Source: a candidate division BRC1 bacterium HGW-BRC1-1 (lineage in GTDB: Bacteria; Sumerlaeota; Sumerlaeia; Sumerlaeales; Sumerlaeaceae). Taken from it: 64,000 nt of DNA. Below, one piece after another: positions 50,277-60,118 of the stretch (its first letter is position 1; each line of letters begins with the position of its first letter). The notes beneath the pieces are model-generated. The model searched no databases. It saw nothing but the letters and a program-made list of their open reading frames with translations, and was not told the DNA's origin. Made by a program: the position numbers and the translations under genes. Location of the stretch: the NCBI GenBank assembly GCA_002842095.1, contig PHCB01000008.1:209231-273230 (forward strand), in the 5' to 3' direction.

Positions 50277-51707
50277 TTAAAATGCTCGAAGGAAACTGAA
50301 GATCGTTTCGGGGAACAGGCCCAGGGCAATCACAGCCACCGCTGATCCCAGCATAACCCACTCTTGCAGTGTTGATGCATGAACCTTGGGATCGGACGCG
50401 TCGGCGGGCATCATGAAGAGATGCACGATGATCCGCAGATAATAGTAAATTCCGATGGCACTACCCAGCAAACCAATCAATGGAAGCCAGAAGTAACCGG
50501 CATTTATGGCGGCGGAAAAGAGATAGATCTTTCCAAAGAATCCGACCGCCGGCGGCAGTCCCGCGAGACTCCAAACGAAGATGAGCAGGCAGAACGCCAG
50601 AACAGGATTGCGCCGGCCCACGCCCCGCAAGTCGCGTAACGTGAGGTCGCGTTCACCCTGGATATATCCCAGCGCAGCAAAGGCTCCGAGGATGGAGGCG
50701 GCGTAGGCGACAACATAAAAGAAGACCGCGTTAACGCCAGTGATGGAGGGCAGGAAAGCTGCATTCGCGCTCAAGGTGTCTCCGGCCAGATAGCCAGTGA
50801 GTACGTAACCGATGTGCGCGATGGATGAGTAGGCGAGGATTCGCTTGACGCGGATTTCGCGCAGACCCAGCAGATTGCCCCCCACCATGCTGAGGGCCGC
50901 AAAGAGCCAGATGATGCTCCAGTGGGTCTCAAGGAGAAACAGGAACGGTATAAAGGCCGCCAGCATGGCTCCCTTTGAGGAGGATGCAATGAGGCCGGTA
51001 ACCGTGCCGGGGGAAGACTCGTAAACCTCGGGGGTCCACATGTGGAAGGGCACCGCGGCGAGTTTAAAGCCTACTCCCACCAGCAATAATCCAAACCCTA
51101 CCTTGGCCATTGGGCCCATGTCAGTTGCCAGAGCAAGCGTCCGAATTTCAGCAATCTGCAAGGTACCAAAAACCGCATAGATAAGCGCCATGCCAAAGAG
51201 CAGGAACCCGCTGGCGAAGCCGGCGAGGAGCAGGTACATTATGCCGCCCCGAAGGCTGGAGCGTTTCGAGTATCGGAACGCGATGAGAATATACAGGGAG
51301 ATTGAGAGAACTTCGAGGCCCAGAAAAACGGCCGCGAGGTTAGCCGCGCGTGCGAGAATGATCATTCCCGTGCCGAGGAACAGCAACATGCTGTACCATT
51401 CGCCAGCGTCCTCGTCGGGCACCGTGGAGGCGAGGATTGTCCATGCGATGGTAGCCAGGAAAACCACGGCAAACGCGGTGTGTAACGGAGCCGTCGTTAA
51501 CCATCCCTCACCAACGAGGGGGTAGGGGGTAGCCATTCCATGGTTGACCCAAACGAGTGTGGCAGCGGTAGCTGCCACCAGGCCGAGGGAAATCCAACGA
51601 AGGAAGTCGCGTAGGTTTTGGCTGTCGCGCAGTGGCCCCAGGAGAAGAATGAATGTCGCGCCCATGGCGAGGATCAGATCGGGAAGAAGCGGCTGGTAAT
51701 GTCCCAT
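50277..51707 (-). CDS. nuoN: NADH-quinone oxidoreductase subunit N.
   Basis: 14-TM antiporter-like subunit. It is last in the nuo gene order. Confidence 0.85.
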   Translation of the reverse strand: MGHYQPLLPDLILAMGATFILLLGPLRDSQNLRDFLRWISLGLVAATAATLVWVNHGMATPYPLVGEGWLTTAPLHTAFAVVFLATIAWTILASTVPDEDAGEWYSMLLFLGTGMIILARAANLAAVFLGLEVLSISLYILIAFRYSKRSSLRGGIMYLLLAGFASGFLLFGMALIYAVFGTLQIAEIRTLALATDMGPMAKVGFGLLLVGVGFKLAAVPFHMWTPEVYESSPGTVTGLIASSSKGAMLAAFIPFLFLLETHWSIIWLFAALSMVGGNLLGLREIRVKRILAYSSIAHIGYVLTGYLAGDTLSANAAFLPSITGVNAVFFYVVAYAASILGAFAALGYIQGERDLTLRDLRGVGRRNPVLAFCLLIFVWSLAGLPPAVGFFGKIYLFSAAINAGYFWLPLIGLLGSAIGIYYYLRIIVHLFMMPADASDPKVHASTLQEWVMLGSAVAVIALGLFPETIFSFLRAF

Positions 51708-53335
51708 TACCGCACCTCCTGCTGGTCCGGACTGAGGCTTGCAATATCGAAGCGTTGATCAGAGAGCTGGTTAGAGTTCATGGGCAATAGATAGGTGTGC
51801 AGCGGGGGAGAAGTGGGAGCTAACACCGGGGAAGGGGTGCCAGTTTCAACTGGCATGACCATCGCAGGGGTTGTTGCCCTGCCAGATTGGGGGACGGAGA
51901 GATCGGGAGGGTAATAGAGAGGCCCGGTCACAAGATTCGGGAAGAAACCGATGGCGACCAGCGCCGCAACAAGAGTGCCCAATGCCAAAGTCTCTCGCGG
52001 AGAGGCATCAGGCAGGTTTTTGAAAGCTGTGGTTTCCGGGCCATGCATGGTCGCCAGAAAAATGCGAAGTGAGTAGGCCGCGGCGAAGAGGATGCCAAAG
52101 ACAGTCAGAGCACCCACCAGAGGATGATAGGTGAAGGCTCCGCCCATTACGTAAAGCTCGCCGATGAAGTTTCCCGTTCCCGGAATGCCCAGCGAAGCGA
52201 AACAAAAGAACAAAAGGAATCCGCCCAGCACCGGCATCTGCCGCCAAAGTCCGCCGAACATCTCGAAGAGTCGCGTGTGGGTGCGCTGTTGCAGCATCCC
52301 GCCGATGAGGAAGAGAGCACCGGTGGCAAGACCGTGATTGACCATCTGCAGAACCGCGCCCTGATAGCCCGCCGCATTGCCGACAAAAACTCCGAGGATG
52401 ACAAACCCGAGGTGTGCGATAGACGAATAGGCCACGAGGCGTTTGAAGTCCCGTTGAGGATAAGCCGCCAGCGCGCCGTAGAAGATTCCGATAAGGGCCA
52501 GACCGATAATCCACGGGGTGAAGTAAACCGCCGCGGCCGGCGCCATGGGAATCGTTATGCGCATGATGCCGTAAACACCCGTCTTCAGAAGCAGTCCGGC
52601 GAGGATGAGGCTGCCTGCGGTTGGAGCCTGTGTGTGAGCATCGGGTAGCCACGTGTGAAGGGGAAAGATGGGCACTTTCACTGCGAAGCCAACGAAGAGA
52701 CCCAGGAATACCCAGGTCTGGGCTGTGGCTGAAAGTTCGGTTTGCAAAAGCTGTGTCAGGTCGAAGGTGAGGACACCGGTTTGTGCGGCGTGCTGGAAGT
52801 AGACATACAACAGGGCCAGAAGCATGAAAATGCTGCCCGTGAACGTGAAGAGGAAGAACTTGATGGCAGAGTATAGTTTTTCCTCGTGGCCCCACACCCC
52901 GATCAGGAAGAACATCGGGACGAGCATCAACTCCCACCCGAAGTAGAAGAGCATCATGTCGCGAGCCATGAACACGATCAGGATGCCTGTTTGCAGCAGA
53001 AGCATCCAGATGTGGAAGGATGTGACCTTCTCTTTGATTTCGTTCCAGGAGATGATGACGGCGATGACACCGATGAAAGTTGTGAGCAAAATAAGGAGCG
53101 CGCTCAGGCCATCCACGTAGAGGTTGAAACTGACGCCGAAGCTCGGAATCCAGGGATGAATGACCTGTACGGGGCCGCCGGATGTGCGCGCCATCAGTAT
53201 GATGGCAACGGCCAGATCGACTATCATGATGATCAATGTTGCGACCCGCGCGAAATTGCGGTCGACCCACCCACTGAGGCCGACGAGAGCGGTGCCCAGC
53301 AGTGGGATTAAGAGCAGACTAAGCAGGAGCGTCAT
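51707..53335 (-). CDS. nuoM: NADH-quinone oxidoreductase subunit M.
   Basis: Antiporter-like subunit. Its position between nuoL and nuoN fixes the assignment. Confidence 0.85.
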   Translation of the reverse strand: MTLLLSLLLIPLLGTALVGLSGWVDRNFARVATLIIMIVDLAVAIILMARTSGGPVQVIHPWIPSFGVSFNLYVDGLSALLILLTTFIGVIAVIISWNEIKEKVTSFHIWMLLLQTGILIVFMARDMMLFYFGWELMLVPMFFLIGVWGHEEKLYSAIKFFLFTFTGSIFMLLALLYVYFQHAAQTGVLTFDLTQLLQTELSATAQTWVFLGLFVGFAVKVPIFPLHTWLPDAHTQAPTAGSLILAGLLLKTGVYGIMRITIPMAPAAAVYFTPWIIGLALIGIFYGALAAYPQRDFKRLVAYSSIAHLGFVILGVFVGNAAGYQGAVLQMVNHGLATGALFLIGGMLQQRTHTRLFEMFGGLWRQMPVLGGFLLFFCFASLGIPGTGNFIGELYVMGGAFTYHPLVGALTVFGILFAAAYSLRIFLATMHGPETTAFKNLPDASPRETLALGTLVAALVAIGFFPNLVTGPLYYPPDLSVPQSGRATTPAMVMPVETGTPSPVLAPTSPPLHTYLLPMNSNQLSDQRFDIASLSPDQQEVR

Positions 53336-53344
53336 GGCGTGAGG

Positions 53345-55327
53345 TTACCTTTGTGATCCGATTAGCAAGATGGTGATGATGGCGACTGCACCGAAGAGCA
53401 TGACCATGGCGTAACGAGAAACGCGTCCGTTCTGGAAGAAGATGACCAGCGCGTGGAAGCCGCGAACGATGGCTTGAATCGCTTCAAAAATCCCGTCCAC
53501 GAAAACCCGATCGATCCAGGCGATGACGCCCGAAGTAATGCGGAATCCGCGCACAAAAGTTTTATTGTAGAAACCGTCCATCTTCCAGCCATGGAAGAGG
53601 AAGTTCGCCCAGACTGCTTTGTAGGGCGCCGGTGTGTTGTTCTCAACGGTAGCAATGTCTCCGGCAGGCTCTGGCATGGGTGCCTTGGCGGGGGAGTAGA
53701 GCAGCCAGGCAATTCCAGCCCCACCGAGCGCAAGAACACCGCTACCGAGAAGGGCCATCCATTCAACTGCATGAGAGTGGATGAGCGGCTCTGCCTGCCA
53801 TTCGCCAAAGACGCGCGCGAAGGAATGCTCCCAGATGGGAGTGACGCCAAAAACGATGGGCAGGTTGAGGAATCCTGCTACTATCGCAAAGAATGCGAGA
53901 ATGTACAGCGGCCACGTGAGAAGCCGGTCGGGCAGGTGAACGTGGATATCTTTCCGGGGGGTGCCGTGAAAAACGACGAAGATCAGGCGGAAGGAATAAA
54001 TCGCTGTCATGAGAGCGGTCAGCATGGCGATGCCATAAATGACCGGGCTTCCCCATTTTGTGCTCAGAGTATTCCAGAGGATGGCGTCCTTGCTGTAGAA
54101 GCCGGCGGTGATAAAAGGAATGCCGGCGAGGGATGCGGCGCCCGCGAGGAAGGCGAGATACGTGCCTTTGAGTTTGGTGCGCAACCCGCCCATGTTGTAG
54201 ATGTTTTGCTCATTATGCAGCGAGTGGATTACCGTTCCCGCTGCCATGAAGAGGAGTGCCTTGTAGAAAGCATGTGTGAAGAAGTGGAACACGGCCAGAG
54301 ACCACGCGCCCACGCCCAGACCTAGAAACATGTAACCGATCTGGCTGATGGTGGAATAGGCGAGGATCCGTTTGATGTCCGTTTGTACGAAGGCGCTGGT
54401 CGCGCCGTAAAACGCTGTCAGCACTCCGACGATGGCGACCGCAAGCATGAGGTTGGGGGAGAGGGCGAAGAGGATATGAAAGCGGGCGATGAGATAAACG
54501 CCGGCGGTGACCATGGTCGCAGCATGGATTAGTGCGCTGACGGGGGTGGGGCCGGCCATGGCATCGGGCAACCAAACCTGCAACGGAACCTGTGCACTTT
54601 TGCCAGCCGCTCCCAACAGGAAACAGATTCCCGTGATAAGGATCAACTGCGGACCGGTGAGTCCGCCGAAACCAGGGATGAAACTGGAAGTCGCAACTTG
54701 GGTCCATGCGGATTGCTGGGAGAAAGAAACTCCCACCAGGGTGGCGGTGAGAAACAATCCGATGAGCAGAAAAATGTCGCCCAAGCGCGTGACCAAAAAT
54801 GCCTTGGTTGCAGCTACGGTGTTTTCAGACTTTTGGTACCAGTGCCCGATAAGGAAGAAGGAACAGGCGCCCACGCCTTCCCAACCGAGGAACATGAAGA
54901 AAGCATTTTCGGCAGTGACCAGAACGAGCATTGCAGCCGCGAAGAGGTTGAAGTAGCCAAAGTAACGCCGTTCGCCTGCGTCGCCCTTCATGTACGAATA
55001 AGAGTACAAATGGATGAGCAGGCCAACGCCGGCTACAACGAACGTGAAGGCGAAGGTTACCAGATCGAAGTAAAACGAGGCTGATCCTTGAAAAGGCCCA
55101 GCGGCAATCCAGTTCCAATGGTGCTCAACGAAGTGGTGATGGTTGCCTAAGACCAGAGTCGTGCCGACGTTCAGAACCCAGAGAAAACTCAAGCTGATGG
55201 CCGAGCAGGCAATAATGCCGGCAGCACGAGCGGGCATTCGAGAGGCGAAGATAAATATGATGAGGGCACCGAGCGCGGGAAGCGCCGGAATGAGCCACAG
55301 GGCAGGTAACCCGTTGTTGTAGAACAC
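53345..55327 (-). CDS. nuoL: NADH-quinone oxidoreductase subunit L. A GTG start after the AAGGAGG RBS is likely; the track ATG at 55366 would overlap nuoK.
   Basis: Antiporter-like subunit with a long C-terminal amphipathic helix region. Length is about 660 aa. Confidence 0.85.
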   Translation of the reverse strand: MFYNNGLPALWLIPALPALGALIIFIFASRMPARAAGIIACSAISLSFLWVLNVGTTLVLGNHHHFVEHHWNWIAAGPFQGSASFYFDLVTFAFTFVVAGVGLLIHLYSYSYMKGDAGERRYFGYFNLFAAAMLVLVTAENAFFMFLGWEGVGACSFFLIGHWYQKSENTVAATKAFLVTRLGDIFLLIGLFLTATLVGVSFSQQSAWTQVATSSFIPGFGGLTGPQLILITGICFLLGAAGKSAQVPLQVWLPDAMAGPTPVSALIHAATMVTAGVYLIARFHILFALSPNLMLAVAIVGVLTAFYGATSAFVQTDIKRILAYSTISQIGYMFLGLGVGAWSLAVFHFFTHAFYKALLFMAAGTVIHSLHNEQNIYNMGGLRTKLKGTYLAFLAGAASLAGIPFITAGFYSKDAILWNTLSTKWGSPVIYGIAMLTALMTAIYSFRLIFVVFHGTPRKDIHVHLPDRLLTWPLYILAFFAIVAGFLNLPIVFGVTPIWEHSFARVFGEWQAEPLIHSHAVEWMALLGSGVLALGGAGIAWLLYSPAKAPMPEPAGDIATVENNTPAPYKAVWANFLFHGWKMDGFYNKTFVRGFRITSGVIAWIDRVFVDGIFEAIQAIVRGFHALVIFFQNGRVSRYAMVMLFGAVAIITILLIGSQR

Positions 55328-55335
55328 GGCTGTTG

Positions 55336-55644
55336 TCAGGCCTCCTTGGTTCGGGCAACGACCCACAGGTCGAGGGTTTTGTAGCGTTGGAAAATCAACA
55401 GGGCGATGGCGAGACCGATGGCAACTTCAGCGGCTGCCACGGGCAGCACGAAGAGGAAGAAGGCCTGACCATCCAGCGAGCCATGGCGGGCAGAAGCAGC
55501 CACGAAGGCGAGGCCCGCGGCGTTCATCATGATTTCGATGCACATCAGAACATAAATGATGTTGCGACGAACGACGACGCCCAGCACGCCGATGGAAAAC
55601 AGAATGCAACTGAGGATGAGCGCTTCGTTAATGGGTAACGTCAT
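55336..55644 (-). CDS. nuoK: NADH-quinone oxidoreductase subunit K.
   Basis: MTLPINEALILSCILFSIGVLGVVVRRN..., a 3-TM protein of about 100 aa. The track start is over-extended. Confidence 0.85.
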   Translation of the reverse strand: MTLPINEALILSCILFSIGVLGVVVRRNIIYVLMCIEIMMNAAGLAFVAASARHGSLDGQAFFLFVLPVAAAEVAIGLAIALLIFQRYKTLDLWVVARTKEA

Positions 55645-56167
55645 CGATCGGTTTCTCCATTGTGGAAGGTATAGAACCGCCACGGCCGATGTGAAGGCCG
55701 CCGATGGTGCCTATGAGCAATATGATGCCCGAAAGTTTTACGCCGAGATAGTGCTTGGTGAACAGAAGTTCGCCGAGAAGTTTCGGATCGCTGAGTGCCG
55801 CGTTGGTTGCAGCAGGCGTTCCCGCAGAAAGACTGACCACGATCAAAATGAGCAGAAGAAGTGCCAACGCCCCGGGCACGATCATTTGCCGTCTGGTGGG
55901 TCGCTTGGTCGCTTCGTCACCCCGTTGTCCCTGCAGGTTCAACATCATGACCACAAAGAGAAACAAAACCATGATGGCACCGGCATAAACGATGATCTCG
56001 ACCAGGGCGAGAAATGGTGCGTTAAGGCTCAGAAACACAAGGGCCACGGCGAACAGTGACATGATGAGGTAGAGAACCGCATACACCGCATTGCGGGTTA
56101 TGACGACCATGGAGGTCGTGGCGACGGCCATTACCGCGGCGAGGTAGAAGAGGATATTTTGAGCCAT
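55628..56167 (-). CDS. nuoJ: NADH-quinone oxidoreductase subunit J.
   Basis: [42 protein letters not shown] is an ND6-like N-terminus. Confidence 0.85.
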   Translation of the reverse strand: MAQNILFYLAAVMAVATTSMVVITRNAVYAVLYLIMSLFAVALVFLSLNAPFLALVEIIVYAGAIMVLFLFVVMMLNLQGQRGDEATKRPTRRQMIVPGALALLLLILIVVSLSAGTPAATNAALSDPKLLGELLFTKHYLGVKLSGIILLIGTIGGLHIGRGGSIPSTMEKPIDDVTH

Positions 56168-56688
56168 CAGGGCATGTTGCTCCGATAATTTGTAGGCAGC
56201 TTTTCGTTAATGGCTTCGCCCTTGGCTTTCTTGCCGTCGAGAGCCACGCCGGATACCTGCCAGAAACTATACTCGGGATGCTTGCCAGGTCCGCTCACCT
56301 GAAGATCTTCCTTATGGTAGAGAAGATCGGTTCGCACCGTGGCACCCATTTCGAAATCGGGCGTGAGTTGAATTGCGTACGTCGGGCAGGCTTCCTCACA
56401 GAAACCGCAGAAAATGCAGCGGGCAAAGTTGATGTCAAATTTTGCCGCCACACGTCGACCGTTCGGAAGGTTTTCGGCCTGAAGATCGATGCACTGCACC
56501 GGGCATACCGCCTGGCAAAGATAGCAGGCCACACAGCGTTCTTCACCGGATGGATCGCTCGTCAGCACGATGCGACCACGCCAGCGGGGAGGGATAAACG
56601 GCTTCTCCTCCGGGTAGTTAACCGTGATAGGTTTCCGAAACAGATACTTGGCCGTTATTTTCAGGCCAGTAAGCAGACCTCTCAGCAT
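56167..56688 (-). CDS. nuoI: NADH-quinone oxidoreductase subunit I (2x[4Fe-4S]).
   Basis: Two ferredoxin Cys motifs: [12 protein letters not shown] and [12 protein letters not shown]. Confidence 0.9.
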   Translation of the reverse strand: MLRGLLTGLKITAKYLFRKPITVNYPEEKPFIPPRWRGRIVLTSDPSGEERCVACYLCQAVCPVQCIDLQAENLPNGRRVAAKFDINFARCIFCGFCEEACPTYAIQLTPDFEMGATVRTDLLYHKEDLQVSGPGKHPEYSFWQVSGVALDGKKAKGEAINEKLPTNYRSNMP

Positions 56689-56736
56689 GAAGAAGCACCT
56701 CCTGCGTCGGGGCTGAATCCGGCATTAGTAATGGGA

Positions 56737-57753
56737 TCAATGAATGGCATTAGGCACCAGATTGGGGAAAGTGAGGCAGAGCACTGCCGTAATGATAAGG
56801 TTTAAAACGGCGAGGGGGATGAGCCACTTCCAGCCGATTTGCATCAGATGGTCATAGCGGAAGCGGGGATAGGTAGCCCGAATCCATACGAAGACGAAGA
56901 AGAGAACTGCGATTTTCAGAATCATCCAGACCGGTCCCGGAAGGATCGGGCCCTGATAGCCGCCGAGGTAGACTGTCGCCATGATGCCGCTCAGCAGAAT
57001 AACACCCATGTATTCGCCAAGGAAGAAGAGGGCGAATTTCATGGCGCTGTATTCGGTGTGAAATCCGGCGACAAGTTCGTTTTCAGCCTCGGGCAGATCG
57101 AAGGGTGTGCGTCGCGACTCTGCGATTGCCGAAACAAAGAAGATGAAAAATCCCAGCGGCTGCAGCAGAATGAACCAGAAGGGACGCTGGGCTTCTACGA
57201 TCAGCTGGAAGTTGAGTGTACCAGCCATCATCACGGCCGCGAGAAGGGCCATGCTCAAACTCAGTTCGTAGCTGATCATTTGAGCCGTGGCGCGCAGCCC
57301 GCCGAGCACCGCATACTTGCTGTTGGAACTCCAGCCGGCCAGGACGATACTGTATACACCAAGGGAACTCAGCGCAAGAAACAGGAGCACCCCAAGATTG
57401 AGGTTCGAAATCGCCCCCCAAACCGGGTTGGGTCCCCATGGGATAATCGCATAGGAAACCATTGCTGTGATGGTGATGATAGCCGGCGCTGCAATGAAAA
57501 GAATCTTGTTCACGAAGGGGGGGATGGATTCCTCCTTGGTTAACAGCTTCAACACGTCAGCGACGGGTTGGAAAAGACCCATGGGCCCGGCGCGGTTGGG
57601 ACCGGGTCGCCCTTGTAGCCAGGCGATGATTTTGCGTTCGGCCAAAACCAGCCACCCGGTAACACCGAGAAGGGCCCCCATAAGTACCGAGGCTTTGATG
57701 ACGGCGATGAGCAGTTGATACCACAGGGGCTCGTTACTAAGCGCACCAGTCAC
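56737..57753 (-). CDS. nuoH: NADH-quinone oxidoreductase subunit H.
   Basis: ND1-like polytopic protein of 338 aa. Confidence 0.85.
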   Translation of the reverse strand: MTGALSNEPLWYQLLIAVIKASVLMGALLGVTGWLVLAERKIIAWLQGRPGPNRAGPMGLFQPVADVLKLLTKEESIPPFVNKILFIAAPAIITITAMVSYAIIPWGPNPVWGAISNLNLGVLLFLALSSLGVYSIVLAGWSSNSKYAVLGGLRATAQMISYELSLSMALLAAVMMAGTLNFQLIVEAQRPFWFILLQPLGFFIFFVSAIAESRRTPFDLPEAENELVAGFHTEYSAMKFALFFLGEYMGVILLSGIMATVYLGGYQGPILPGPVWMILKIAVLFFVFVWIRATYPRFRYDHLMQIGWKWLIPLAVLNLIITAVLCLTFPNLVPNAIH

Positions 57754-60101
57754 GCTTTGACCTCCTCGGGGACGATGGCGGTTTCAGTTTTCAAAACAGG
57801 AATGGCAATCACTCCCGGTGCGAGGTTCGCATTGAGACGCAGCGGAGCGACCAGTCCGAAGTCGGCTGAGAAATCAGCCACCTCACCTTCAGACAATTTA
57901 CGCGATTCCGCATCAGCAGGGTTCAACTCGACGAAGGGCTGGGGGGCCAACTCACGGGTGGGACCGTGCAGCATGCTTAACTCTTCGGAGCCGAAACAGA
58001 GCTCGATATTCCAGGCAACCAACCCATTGTGGGTTGCGGTTTGAAGATTGCGCCGGGGGCTCTTTGCCACCGGAAGCTTGCCTGCAAGACGAACCCGGTT
58101 GCCCAAATCACCCACTGCGAGTGCTTCCAGTGCCGTGTTGGATTCTGGCGTTATCTCGTAAACATCGCTGAAGGCCGCCTCGCCGATCGCTTCTTCATTC
58201 CCCGTTGCCTCAACCAAGGAGAGCAGCATTTCTCCGGCTGACCTGCTCCATTCGCCGGGGATTGGAAGGCTGTCGAAGCGTTGGGCCCGCCCCTCATAAT
58301 TGAGAAATGAACCGAAGGATGAGTAGTGCGATGCGCACGGAACCACAGCGCTTGCTTGCTGGGTGGTGGCGTTCTCGTGGAAGTCGATAGCGCAGGTGAA
58401 TTCCACTTTGGAGAAGGCCGCCTCGATGTCGCTGAAAGGTGAACCGTCCAGAGCGAGATTTCGTTCAAGCACAACCAGCGCTTTGATTTTTCCTGCGGAA
58501 ATATCTGCGTGCAAAGTCTCCGGAGCGACATCATCGCGTAGGAGGGCAGCTCCCACCGAGTTGGCCGATGGGAACATGAAGGCGATGGCGCACTTGCGGT
58601 CCAGACGCGATGCGCGTTTGGCCAGCCAATAGGCCGCATCAACAACACCAATGTCCTCATGGAGAACGCTGCAGACCACTAACGGATGTTTCGCAGAACC
58701 AAGTGCTGAAATCAGCGCCTCGGCGAAGTCTGTTTGTTCGCCCGAGAGGGCACCCTTTGGGGGAACAGATCCGCTGAGCACATGATCCAGAACAGATGAT
58801 TCTTCACCCGGTTTCACGCGGAGAGAGTTGGTTGAAAAAGAGTCGAGCTTCCCGGCTCTGGGCGAGATGATAAAGACTGGAGCACCGGCACGTTGCGCCT
58901 GTCGAATCGACAGATCCATCATTGGTGCTTCGCCCGTCACATCGCCGCCAACGCAGAGCACGAAATCGGCTTTTTCCATCTCGGGCAAAGAGGCTATATT
59001 CAACTCGCCGCTTACAGTGATGGCCGTCGCCCGGCGCACCGCGTCGCGTTCGGCGTTATTGGCGAACATCGAGATTCGTCCACCTAGAGATTTCATGAGC
59101 ATCGACAGTGCGGCGTTCGCCTCGAGGGAGGCGCGGGGAGAACCGATGGCCGCGATGGCACCGCCTCCGTGTTCGGCAGCGATCTGCTTCAGCTTTGCGG
59201 CGGTGCGAGCCGTTACTTCCTCCACGGGAAGGCACGGCCCTTCAAAGCGTGCGGTTTTCAGACGTGAAGGCACATTGGTGAACTCGCCTCCATAACGACC
59301 GCGGTCGCACATGAAGAAACGGTTCACCTCGTCATTGCGCTCTGGCACTATGCGGCGGAACGTGGTATGGCGAAAGGCGGGCAGTACATTGCAACCCACC
59401 GAGCAATTGACACAAACCGAGCGGCGCGTCTGCAGGTCCCAGGGGCGGGAATAGACCTCGCGGAAAATCTTGTTGGTGAAGACACCGGTCGGGCAAACGT
59501 CGATCAGGTTACCGGAGAATTCGCTTTGAAGAACGCCATCCCGCACGCGCCCGAAGTAAACGCGGTCGCGCGAGCCGAACACACCAAAGTCGTCGCCCAG
59601 GGCATAATCGCGATAATACCGCACGCACCGGTAACAGGTGATGCAGCGGTTCATTTCGTGATGAACCAGCGGACCGAGATATTGGTTCTCATAGGTGCGC
59701 TTGGGGAACCTAGTGCGGCGATGGATATGCTGGGTGGTCACCGTCATGTCCTGCAGGCTGCACTCGCCGCCTTCGTCGCACACTGGACAGTCATGCGGGT
59801 GGTTCAGCATAAGGTCTTCGATGACACCCTTGCGGAATCCCTCTGCATAGGGGTCATTCAGAGAAACGACCATGCCATCGGCGGCCTTGAGCATGCAGGT
59901 CATTTCGAGGCGCGCCGGCTTGTCCGCCGAGGCCGAAACCATCGCAGCGCAAAGGCGGCATGCGCCCGCTTCTCCCAGTGCTTCATGGTAGCAGAAGTGG
60001 GGCACAAGGATGCCGGCGTTGATGCATGCCTGCAGCAGGTTTTCGCCGGCTGAAGTCTCCACAACCTGACCGTCGACCGTTATTTTAATATTATCTGCCA
60101 T
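57750..60101 (-). CDS. nuoG: NADH-quinone oxidoreductase subunit G (75-kDa Fe-S subunit).
   Basis: N-terminal 2Fe-2S region (CYHEALGEAGACRLC), 4Fe-4S motifs (CPVCDEGGEC; CITCYRCVRY), and a molybdopterin-like C-terminus. Confidence 0.9.
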   Translation of the reverse strand: MADNIKITVDGQVVETSAGENLLQACINAGILVPHFCYHEALGEAGACRLCAAMVSASADKPARLEMTCMLKAADGMVVSLNDPYAEGFRKGVIEDLMLNHPHDCPVCDEGGECSLQDMTVTTQHIHRRTRFPKRTYENQYLGPLVHHEMNRCITCYRCVRYYRDYALGDDFGVFGSRDRVYFGRVRDGVLQSEFSGNLIDVCPTGVFTNKIFREVYSRPWDLQTRRSVCVNCSVGCNVLPAFRHTTFRRIVPERNDEVNRFFMCDRGRYGGEFTNVPSRLKTARFEGPCLPVEEVTARTAAKLKQIAAEHGGGAIAAIGSPRASLEANAALSMLMKSLGGRISMFANNAERDAVRRATAITVSGELNIASLPEMEKADFVLCVGGDVTGEAPMMDLSIRQAQRAGAPVFIISPRAGKLDSFSTNSLRVKPGEESSVLDHVLSGSVPPKGALSGEQTDFAEALISALGSAKHPLVVCSVLHEDIGVVDAAYWLAKRASRLDRKCAIAFMFPSANSVGAALLRDDVAPETLHADISAGKIKALVVLERNLALDGSPFSDIEAAFSKVEFTCAIDFHENATTQQASAVVPCASHYSSFGSFLNYEGRAQRFDSLPIPGEWSRSAGEMLLSLVEATGNEEAIGEAAFSDVYEITPESNTALEALAVGDLGNRVRLAGKLPVAKSPRRNLQTATHNGLVAWNIELCFGSEELSMLHGPTRELAPQPFVELNPADAESRKLSEGEVADFSADFGLVAPLRLNANLAPGVIAIPVLKTETAIVPEEVKA

Positions 60102-60118
60102 GCGCTGATTGCGTCTCC

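Noticed and set aside
52008-53270. 420-aa ORF antisense to nuoM, with others antisense to nuoL at 53453-54325, to nuoG at 59367-60053 and to nuoCD at 62648-63604.
   Set aside because: All lie inside canonical nuo genes whose identities are unambiguous. They are artefacts of stop-codon-poor GC-rich frames.
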